This document shows positions 30,710 to 44,112 of a DNA stretch of 64,000 bases, piece by piece (the first letter of the stretch is position 1; every line of letters begins with the position of its first letter). The notes beneath the pieces are model-generated. The model saw nothing but the letters and a program-made list of their open reading frames with translations. It did no database searches and had not been told where the DNA came from. The stretch lies in NCBI RefSeq assembly GCF_009914755.1, contig NC_060925.1, one strand, 5' to 3'. This DNA comes from the human T2T-CHM13v2.0 reference genome, Homo sapiens. The translations under genes and the position numbers were made by a program.

Positions 30710-33700
30710 TTTGTAAGCAAACATTGATAGCCATGATTCCACAGATGTGGTAAGTAAACCAACAGCCATTCCTAAATAAAATACAAGAATTTCCATCATG
30801 CATAGTTTACAGGCTTGGTAAGAAGCAGTCTCTTTAGGGGCTAGATGCTTAAGAAATATTCAACAAACAATGAAATCTTGGCTTTTTTTTTTTTTTACAC
30901 AAATGTTTGGTTATTTAGCCACATTAGTGATAAAACATATTCATATTCTAACTGCAAGTGGAATAAACATTGCAACAAAAATGCAACCCAATCAAAATCA
31001 TTAGTAATAACTATTACTCCCTCTTAGCAGTAAGAACCATTATTCTTGGATTTCAAACATTTTATTTTCTGTGCATAGCTTATAGCACTGTATTATAGGA
31101 ATCAGAGTGTATAAGCAAAAAAATGAAATAAAACTTCTTGAAGACCATTTCCATTATTTATGATTAAATCAATGAAACTATACAATTTCCACATTAAATA
31201 CAAATTAGTAAAAGAATTCCTCCAAGTAGTATTGCATATAAGCTACAACTTTACCCCAACTATTTTAATCACTATGATTCGAGATTTCCTAGGATTTAAC
31301 AGCCCAAGATTGGGCTGTTACTACCTCAGCAAGAACAATCACCAGTAAATACATGAACTGGGGTTATAGCTGAATTTTTAGAAACTCTCCAGACAAACCA
31401 CGTGTTAGAGGAGGTAAGTAGAAAAACTAATGTTTGAGCTGTGCTATTCCTACCAGGAACTATGTCAAATATGCAAAGTTCAAACATTCTTAGTAAAATA
31501 ATATGAAAGGATCTATATATACTGTAAATTTAGCAAAAACACTTTTATGTACAGAAGCCTAAATATCTTAGGAGGTTTAGAATACCAATGAAGAGAATTG
31601 TTAATTCTTCAAGGCTGGTTTCTTATGAGGATTAAAAACCAGCCCTTAGTCTCAGATGCATTCCACCTAGATGTGTTCACGAACTCCATAGAGTAAGAAA
31701 TATAAACCATGAATATGTACTCTTAATTTCCATTCTTCAACTTAATGTTCTATAGTACTTCAGATTTTTAAATCCAGAGTTTGGTGTACACTTAGGAAAT
31801 TATAGTAAGAGTAGATTAGAGAAGATTTGCTTGTTTTCCTTTTGAAGCCATGTGAAGGTTTATTACCCTGTGTATTTTCATCACTGAAAAGTTCCCCGGT
31901 GACTAATAAAATAAAAGTGTCACAAGCTACATGATGGATCTCTTCTTTTAATGTTGCATACAGTTTCAGTTTGGCTAGTGAGGGCTAACTAGCTCAGCCC
32001 TAGTTTCATTTTATTAGAGTTGACCACTAAAAACTAAATAAGGAAGTTACCAGTAAAGCTAATTCCCAATACAAGCAAAAAACAAAAACAAAAAACAAAA
32101 ACAAAACCATTCACATAATAAAATATATCCTTAACACAAAATAAGGGTATAACATATTCTGCAGCATGACATTTTATTTTATTTCTCAGCTGTAGCTTTT
32201 TCATTCAGAAATTGGAGACCATCTTTTCACTGAGTTGTTATTCCTTCCTCTTCCCTTAGCTTAGGGATATGTTGAAAAAGGCTTTTCAACAAGTATTTTA
32301 TTTTTTACAAGTTGCTATGAAATTAAAATTTATATATATATCTTAAGTGTTTATAAAGCACTCAAAATTGTAGCTTACATGTATATGACTTCTGAAAATA
32401 AAAATCACACTTCTAACATAATCTTTCTGCTCTGCAAAAATATTCTACATACATGCATATGATCAAAACAATCTTTTCATGTTTGGGGTATTTCTTACAC
32501 ATAGTAAAAGAAAAGTCAACAATTATATCAGTACTTCCCCTGTTAAGATAACTGAGTGCCACCTAGTGTTCAATTTCTGCAACTACTAAGCTTACAAATT
32601 CAATACTGCTATTAAAACCCAGGTTCTGAAAACGGCATTTTGGAAATCTTTTTTTTTTTTTTTATGTTTACGGTGGCAAAATACGACTATGAAAAGAACA
32701 TGATATCAAAATCAGTATAAAAATAGCCACAGGCTACTTAAATATGACAAACAGACTTATTTTTTTTCTTCAAATGCAGACTTCTGCCTCCCTCAAATTG
32801 TATCAAAATCTCAAGGGAATATCTAGGTAACTGGAATATACACAATGACTCTATACAATCAAGAGGCCAGGGCTTAATCAGATTCCGTGAGGACAAGGCA
32901 AATGATTTCTTCAAAACACCCATTTTCTTACTGGAAGTGGTAGGAAAAGCAGCAATGCATGGTTTTTTTTTTTTTTTTTTGTAATTAGTAGACATGGTCT
33001 TCTACCCATAAGCTCCATTACATTAAAAGAACAAAGTGGGCTTAACATCTCACTTAAGATAATTCAGCATTATTATCAGTTTTAAAAAAACCAAAAATAT
33101 CTTAGAAACAAATCAGTCTGCTTTAACAAATTGCATTCATGCTAATGAAATTTTAATCTTCTTTGTCATGATCAAAATCCAAATTGTAGGACAATCTTCA
33201 GAAAAGATGGAATGTAAAATGTTGAGTTCAATTTAGATGTCATCAATATCTTCATCATCATCTCCAATGTCATCAAACTGAATTTCATCATCATCTCCAG
33301 GACCAAATGTATCAGTTTCATTGATTTTAGCATGCTCTGGAAGCTCGCCGTATGCCTTCAGACTTCTAGCTTCGTCTGCATTGTATTTTAAAATTACATC
33401 AGCTTTGTTATCCTGGTAGTCTCGGAGACCAACCAAAATAATGTCCGAGGTATTTATCCAAACCTTTTTTCTCAATTTTCCTCTGATGTGACATAACCTC
33501 TTTACACCATCGAAACACATTGCTTCTAGCCGTCCATTTCCCAACATTTTGATTACCTGAGCATACTCCTGACCATCCTCTTTGAATACCAGTTCTCTTT
33601 TTTCAGATTCATTCTCATTCTTACCCCTGCGTCTATTTTTACCTCCTTTACCTTTATTCTTGGGCATGGCGGTGGCGGCGACCTCGCGGCGTCTCTGACT

Positions 33701-33864
33701 TCTTTCCGGGTAGCGGCGACCGCGGCGGCTGCTGCTCCGAGGGGCGACACGAGGGAGCGCGCGGGACCAAGTAGGTGCTGGAGGCCAGGCAACGTGCGCG
33801 GGAGAGGCTGGCGACCCAGCTCTTCAGAGATCCGCCTGCGTCCACGCTCGGCGGCAGCAAAATG
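30674..33864 (-). pseudogene. EIF1AXP1: Full-length processed (retrotransposed) copy of EIF1AX mRNA
   Basis: Intronless; GC-rich 5' UTR, CDS, ~2.5-kb AT-rich 3' UTR, 33-nt A tract (T run 30675-30707); 13-bp TSD ctcttctggtttt at 30661-30673 and 33865-33877. Confidence 0.95.
33233..33667 (-). CDS. EIF1AXP1: Intact eIF1A ORF of the retrocopy (144 aa)
   Basis: [38 protein letters not shown]...DDEDIDDI*; Kozak GCCACCGCCATG; expression unknown. Confidence 0.75.
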
Positions 33865-34031
33865 CTCTTCTGGTTTTGAATGTGGTGGGTGGCCCTATGG
33901 TTGTAGTCCTTTTATAATGCAAAACAAAATTATTTTTAACTTACGGTTTGCATGTTTCCAAAACCTCATGTGGTCTCTAAGTAGGCCTTAGTATTTCTAT
34001 AATAATCAGTTGGCTAGAACTTTATATTATT

Positions 34032-34062
<31 letters not shown>

Positions 34063-34749
34063 TTATTAGCAGTGTGCCACAAACTAATTGTAGAAATTCA
34101 AACTTATACTCAGCCTCATTTTGGGTAAGAGTTCTCCTATTAACCTCCTGTCCTCCTCTTCCCCACTACTTGTCAGGTGTGGAATTGGCCAACAGCACCC
34201 AAATGTGATAGCTGACTCCAGGGAGGGAAGGTGAGCCCCACACCCTGTGCTCTTACCGGGACTGGTGGTTTCCTCCTGTTCAGCCTCATTCTTGCTTTGG
34301 CCACAAGTCTCGTAGCCCAGGTCCTGGAGGTCCACCTGGACCTGTTTACTGTCCTGCTTCAGCAAGGGTTCACCTGCGTGGGAAGAGACAGCAGGTGTTA
34401 CAGAATGTCTGAATTTCCCACATATGCCCTCAGCCTCAATGGCACATACCCTAACCTTGTGGGGCAGGGAGGGCAGATCCACAGTGCGAGAGAAGCTTCT
34501 TTGAACTGGTGGGAGAAGAGACCACCAGCTCCAGGAAGCAGAATTTCTTTCCACAGGAGGAGCCTGCATTTGCCATTGATAATCTCCCCTTCAGATAACC
34601 TAGGCCTTAGTTGGGACAAGGTATCTGTAAGTCAGGGATTGTGTACTCTCATCTCTAGCAGCCCCATTGAAGCTGGCAAGTGCTTTATCAGCAGGGGTTC
34701 AATAAATGTTGAATGGAGCTGAACTAATTTAGAGTCCCAAGACACCTAG

Positions 34750-34880
34750 ACCTGCACTGTCCAATAAGGTAGTTAGTAGCCACATATGGCCACTTTATAC
34801 TAAATTAACTAAAATTAAATAAAACCAAATGTCCAAGTTGCACTAGCCACACTTCATGTGCTCAATAACCACGTTATGTC
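34750..34880. mobile_element. MER3-like DNA transposon remnant
   Basis: gcactgtccaata...tagccacatatggc...cactagccacac. Confidence 0.65.
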
Positions 34881-36635
34881 TGTATAGAACATACAGAGCT
34901 TATAAGACGTACAGGCTAGTTCTTTACTAGTAAGTCATAGTTACCTACTAAGTATAACTCTGTATTTCTCCAGCTCGTTCGCCTGAGCAAAGACAGTGGC
35001 TTCTGATAGCAGCAGCTTCTCCTGGAGATCTTGATAGCGTGTTTGCATTGTGACAGCTGGGAGCGCAGGTGCTGGGTGGACCCTGGTGGGCTAAACGCTG
35101 ATTGGGCCCAGTGTCACAAGGCTGGGACTGGTTCTCCAACTGTGAAAGGGGCCAAGACAAGGATCAGGACAGTCCGAGGCCACCCCCATGCAGTGATGAC
35201 CACGGCCCGTTGTGAACCCCGTGGACTTTACTCAAGTCTGTCACAGCACTTCTCATGCCATTTGGCAGTGACTTGCTTTCCAGATGGAGCTCCTGGAGTG
35301 CTGGGATAATGTTTTCTTCATATCTGTATCCACAGCACACAGCACAGCGCCAATCAAGTCTACAGAGGAGCTCTTAGGAAACGTTTTCTCAGTGGTCAAA
35401 AAGAGAAGGGGTGGAACCCTCCACTCATCTCCCCTCACATTCTGTGCCATCGTTTCTCTCAGAATCCCCTGTATTCCCCATTTTACTGAATCTTCAGCAT
35501 GGCTCCTCCCCTAAACAGGATCCCAATAACCCATCTGAGGTCCAGGAACAGACACCTGTGATGAGCTGTGACCAAAAAAAAAAAAAAAAATGGCATTGAT
35601 AAGGAAGGGATGTCATTACATACTACTTGTCTGGGCTGCCTCATAACCTGATGCATCCCTATGTTACAGCAGTTACCCCCTCCTATTAAAATTACCTGTT
35701 TATGTGCCATCTTTCCTTACCATATTAAGTATCTCAAGGGCAGCCATTGGTTTTATCGCCCCATGCCAATGCCTAGTGTGTTATCTGAAAAATTAAGTAC
35801 TCAAGAAATATTTATATTGTAAAAGGCTTTCTAAAGGCTGAATGTAGGCTGAATATTATTACTGTTGTTTGTGGTACAAAGAGACCTTTCTCTTGGTACC
35901 TCTTGATTCACATGGGAGAACGTTTTAAAGTAAACACTGTCATCTCGAGCCCTTCTCCAGTGGTTTTTCATTCCATCTAAGCCTACATTGACTTGGTGGG
36001 CATCCACTGTGAAGGTAGCCCCAAGGTCAAGGCTCTGGGGTCTGGGGCAAGGCCTCACAGTCACATTCCCCTCCTCTTGGTGTTGGTGCTTCCCAGGAGA
36101 ACCAACCAGTTCTGTGTTTATTCTGTCGATGGTGCTGGTCAGATGCACAAGGAGCTCTGGAGTAAGTTTACTATTCCCTTCTTTGCTACTCAGCACAAGT
36201 TGTTCTTGAGGAGGTTGATGATATTGTGGGCATTCTTCAGTTTTCCCTGGAGCTTTCTGAACTCAGCCTGAAGACTACTCTCACTCAGACCCTCTTTGGC
36301 AACCACAGTCTCAACCACCACCTTGCCCTTCTCCTTGTCTTCCTCAATCTCCCATCCCTCAGACATTTCTGCTCTTTCAGCTCTGCATTCTCAAGGCAAA
36401 GATGGGTTCTGGGTCTCCACAGTTGCCAGACTTTTCTCCAAAGCCACCTTGAGGAACTAAAAGAAAATCATGCTTTGAAGAAGTTAGGCCATTAAAGAGG
36501 GCCCAAGAGAAACATGAGATTGCAAAGGTAGTTTTTGATGAGAACAAAAACAAACAAAAAAAGCAGATCTAAAATGAACTCCCTACCCAGAACCTCCTTA
36601 GTCAGGCAATAAGAGCAATAAGATCTCAAGACTAA

Positions 36636-38393
<1,758 letters not shown>

Positions 38394-38819
38394 GGCTGGG
38401 TGAGATGACTAGGGGCAGAAAGTACATTCTGAGGGCCAGACAATCAAGGTGATTGATACTGGGGTTAGGTTAACTGAAGGGTAGAAAAGGCCAGGTTAAT
38501 AGGAGGCAGGGACTGAGTAACCGGGAACAAAGTTATCAGAGCATGAGAGAGAGATTCTGGGGGTCAGCCGTCTGGGATATTATAGGGAGGAAGGAGGCTG
38601 TGCTACAAGGGCCAAGAGACAGGAGGATGCACTCAAGTTGGCCTGGATGAAGGGACGACCCTCTGCGACTTGGGTGGGGGTAAGGGTGGCAGGCTGGGGC
38701 CAGCCCTGCACTCACCGCTTCTGCTTCCTAGAAGGAGAAACAGTGTCACTTGGTACCTCCACCTCAGGGGCGCAGTCAAGACACGCTGCCAGGCCAGCCT
38801 CTGCCTGACCGCCGGCTCA

Positions 38820-38918
<99 letters not shown>

Positions 38919-39399
38919 TCAGAGCCTGCAGGGGCTGGGAGATAGGGGGCACCCTCAACCTGGGGACCTGAAGGAGTCAGGGTCACAGGAAGTGACCCTT
39001 TGGATGCATTTCTGTGGGACAAGTGGATGGAGGTGCCTGGTCACACCCCCTCAGAGCTGGCCTCCTTTCCCCTAGTAACCCAGACCCTTGTGTCCTACAG
39101 GAGGCACCAGAGAGATCAGAGCTGAGTGGGACAGAAGCAGAGAAAAAGTAGCCGGGACCCAGAGGTCCTGAGCCTGATTCCCCACAGGGGCAGGTGGCCA
39201 ATGGCCACAGGTCCAAGATCTCTGGGCAGACGCAGATGCGGGCCCCCACCCAGCCTCTTGGCTCAGGGAGATTCAGGCTGCCCCTGGCTCCCCTGAGAAG
39301 GACCTTCAGCCCATGGTTGCCCTCTTCCCAACAGAGTGGATACGTGCTCTACAATCGTGGGGCTGCAATGACATCAGGGGCAGGTGTGGTGTCCAACAT

Positions 39400-41670
39400 A
39401 GGCAGTTTACAGCAAACAGTTTTATTTCCTGAATATTACAGAGGAGAAAGGGTCTGTACACCGCACACTTCACACAGAACACTGCACACGTGGCTCCCTT
39501 GACCTCAGCCAAGGAGGTAGCTGTGAACTCCAGTGGAAAACCAGAGAGCAGGCCACACTGCCCCAGGGAGGAGCCGCAGCCCCTCACTCAGAGGGGCTTC
39601 TTCTGCTGCCTGGCTCCACACAGAGCTCAGCAAGACCACGGGGCCAGAGGGGGACACCTGGTTTGTTCTGTGCCTGCCCTGCCTATCCGACCAACGCCCC
39701 ACACAGCCTGCTCACGATGGGACCTCAGAGGCTGAGGCAGCCTGGTCCTGGGCCCTCCGGGCTGCTCAAGGCCACAGTCCTGGGTTCTTCCCGCTGCTTC
39801 ACGCCTCTGGAGGGCGTCAGACAGGCGTCCAGGCCCACGTTAAGACGCTCGAGGGTGAACTGCGAATTCCGAATTCCGCTGCTCAGATGTCAAACAGCTC
39901 TGCCTCCTTCTCCTTCCAGAAGGAGAAGCTGCGGTCGATGTAGCGGCAGATGTCCTCGTTGCTGAATTCGCCCATCTCAGACACCAGTTCCAAAGGGTCT
40001 TCGGCGGGGGCTTCGGAACCCGGAGAGTCTGAGATCGGGGGAGGCGCGGCGGGCGGGCGGGCGCGGCGGCTGCGGCACAGGGGCCAGGGCCTCGCGCTGC
40101 CCCTTGGGCGGGTCCCCCTTCTGAACCGGAGCGGCCTCTTCGGTCCGCTCCTGTTCTTTCCCCTTCTCTTCCTTTTTCTTCGCCTGTTCTTCGGGGGCCG
40201 GCTCAGCCTCCAGGCCGTTTCCGAAGAACCTGTGCCTGAGGTCCTCGAAGCCGTCGCTCCAGCCGCGCCGGCCGGCCTCCACCTCCTCCAGCACCACGCG
40301 GTGGAAGAGGCGGATGCGCTCCCACGGGTGGCTGTCCAGCCGGTGGAACATCTCGTAGCACAGTAGGTGGCGGAACTTGCGATCCTCGCGGCTCAGGCCC
40401 ATCTCCGGTAGCTGGAAGTAGCCGAGCATGAAGAGGTCGAGCGTGAGGCTTTCGTAGCGCGGGGGTGCGCCGCCGTCTAGGGGCGACAGGAAGTGCTGGG
40501 GCCAGTACACGCCGTGCGCCAGGCCCGGGCTTGGCGGCACGTGCCGCCGCAGGCTCCGCCAGTGGTGCAGCAGCTTGCCCACTGCCTGCCGCTGCCTCAG
40601 CAGCTGCCCAGCCGTTCGTTGGGGCTGTGGGCCTCGCTCTTGCTCACCGGCAGCCGGGGGGCGTCTGTGGCCTCCAGCTCCGGCCAGCACGGGCGGCCGT
40701 CACGCCAGGCAGCAGTCTGCCTAGGCGCGCCTGGGCGCGGCGGCCTGGTCCGCGGAAGGCCCGGTCCGCGGAAGGCCCAGCGGCGCCAGTGCTCCAGGAA
40801 GAGGTAAACGATGCGCTCCTTGCGCAGGTCGAGGTAGTCCTGGACGCCGCGCAGTTCCGTGCAGAGGGGCGGCCGGCGCGCCAGCTGCTCGGGCTCAGGT
40901 AGCGCCGCCTGGCAATCCTGTGCCTCAGGCGGGCCCAGGGTGTCCAGGGGCTCCCAGTCGGCCAGCGGGCCGTGGGCGGCGGCGGCGCTGGGCTGGCCAG
41001 AGCCGGCCGCCACGTAGTCCTCCTACAGGATGGGCTCGCGGACCGGGGCGCCAGCGGACTGCGGGGGCTTGCGGCGCGGACAGCGCGGGGGCGCCGCGTC
41101 CAGTGCGCGCAGCTCGTAGGTGGCGCGGTGATGCTGCACGGAGACGCCGCACTCGAGGATCTCGCGCGCCACAGCCTCGCGGCACCAGTTGAGCCAGTGC
41201 GAGCGGCCCAGGCAAAGCGGCCCCGGCAGTCAGGGCGCCTCGGGCAGCGGCGCCAGCGGCTGGCCCGTGTCAGCGGTCGGCAGCTCCGCCAGGTGCGCAG
41301 GCCGGCCGCCCAGCGCGGCTAGCAGCGTGGCCATGCTCTTGAGCAGCGTGGAGATCTTGCTGCACCAGGCGGGCAGGCTGGCGGCGCGGCCATGCATTCG
41401 GCGCGGGTCGACGGTGAAGCGCGGCTCCACAGGGCGACGGAGATGGGCAGCAGCTGCTCAGCTCCAGTTGCTCCAGGCGCGCCTCCAGCTTCTGCGCCTT
41501 GTGCAGCACCTGCAGGTTCTCGATTGCTGCTCGATGCGGAGGATGTCGGCCTCGGTCATGAGCTCGCCAAAGGGCCAGAGGATGGCGTTGTGCTCGCGGG
41601 AGTACCTCCAGCCCTCGCGGGGGTACCTCCAGCCCTCGCGGGGGTAGCAGCACGAGCTGGCGGCCGTCAG
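39400..41670 (-). pseudogene. ESPNL-like alternative terminal exon of the espin gene structure (frameshifted copy)
   Basis: Acceptor TCTTCCCCGCCTTAG at 41671; peptides GWRYSREHNAILWPFGELMTEAD, ERIVYLFLEHW, LTLDLFMLGYFQL, GWSDGFEDLR, ICRYIDRSFSFWKEKEAELFDI* (TGA 39883-39885); AATAAA at 39421-39426. Confidence 0.8.
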
Positions 41671-42910
41671 CTAAGGCGGGGAAGACAAGAGAGGGGAGGG
41701 AGGCGCGTCTCCCTCTGGCCCAGCTCCCGCCGTGGCGCCAGGAACCTTTTGCATGTCCTGGGTGGTGTAATGGCTCCGCGGGGCTGCGTCTGCAGGGAGG
41801 GACCGCGTCTGGCCGGCGGGGGGTGACGCTGGGGTGAGGCTTCGGCCTGAGCCGCCGCTCCAGGCTCTGGGCAGTGTCCACTTTGGTCGCTGGCGGGGGG
41901 CACGGCCGGTTGCTGCTCGCTGCTGCGGCGGCAAGAACAGGCCAGCAGACGGGGTCTCCATGCCTGGCTTGTTCGCTCATTACACCACCCAAGGAACTTG
42001 CCAAAGGCCTTGAAGCTGAGAGGCGCGGTGGCCCGCCCCAACCCATCCGAGGGCGGCTATTGTGAGGCCTCTCCTCCCAGACTCATGACCCCTTCTCCAG
42101 CTCCCCTGTGGCCCAAGCCTTCCGCTCCCTGTGGTCAATGTTTTATGTGCAGAATGAGAGGCCACTCCTCTCTTAAAGAGGCTGCAGCTGCAGCTTCCAC
42201 TGAGCTGCCCACCCTTCCCCTCCCTTCGTCGTGCTGGACAGCTGGGCACCGTAATATTCTCATTTGCTCACTTTTCTCCACCTCTGATGTCCAGTTTTCC
42301 CCCCTGGGCCTGCCATCGCCTCCACAGAGGTCCCTGATTCATCTTGACCCTATGGGATCCACTCCCCACATACAAATAGGAAGCAGCCTCTTCCCTGCTT
42401 AACACTCCCCGCACCCGGCTCCCCAGTGCTCCAGGAGAAAGTCCGTTCTCTTCTGGGCCTCTGGCCAGGTCTTGGTAACCTGGCCCCCACTGAGGTCTCT
42501 CCAGATCAGCGACCCCCTTCCTCCAGGACAGTCAGGGCCACATCCACTCTCACTTCCAGACTGCCCTGTCCCACCTGCGGCTCTTCAGCCCCCTCTCCGC
42601 CTGGCCACCCCTCACTCGTCTTCCAAGTGTTACCTTAGACATCACCTCCTCCTTCCCTAACACGCCCCCCAGCCCACGTATAAGGTGGCCGGTTAGGGCT
42701 GCCCCAGTCCCCTGCGTTCCCCATTGCAGCTGGCTGTGTTGCATCAGCCCAGGTACTTCTCTCCACTGCCACCCACTCTCTCACACTGCCCCATTTTGTG
42801 TGCTTGGTGACTCGCACACTTGTCCGCAGCCACCTTAGAGCAGGCCTTGATATGTTCACCATGAATCCCCAGAGGCTACAAGCGTGTGGGGCACATAAAT
42901 GGCACTCGGG

Positions 42911-43282
<372 letters not shown>

Positions 43283-43394
43283 TCAGCTCACCTTACAGAG
43301 AAGGAAACTGAGGCTGGATGAGGCTCAGTATCGGCAGCTGGAAGGCGGCAGCGCAGCAATGGAGCCCAGGTCCCTAAGACTGAGACCAAAGCTC

Positions 43395-43560
43395 TCTTGG
43401 CTACTCAGTGTGGTCCTTGGACCAGTGTCATCAGCAGCCTCACCCAGGAGCTGGCTAGAAATGCAGAACCTCAGCCCTGCCCAGACCTCCTGAATCCGAA
43501 CAGGCCTTTTAACCAGATCCCAGGTGCTGGGCAGGTGAAGGAGAGTCTGAGAAAGGCTGC
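43395..43560. mobile_element. MER5A-like remnant
   Basis: gtgtggtcc...ctagaaatgcagaacctcag...ttttaaccagatcccaggtg. Confidence 0.6.
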
Positions 43561-43654
43561 TGTCTCACTCCAAGGACAAGCTGCTGGGGGTGTGTGTGGA
43601 GACTGGGACAAGCCCCAAACGGGGTCGTGCCACCCTGATTTCCCTAAAGAAGAT

Positions 43655-44112
<458 letters not shown>

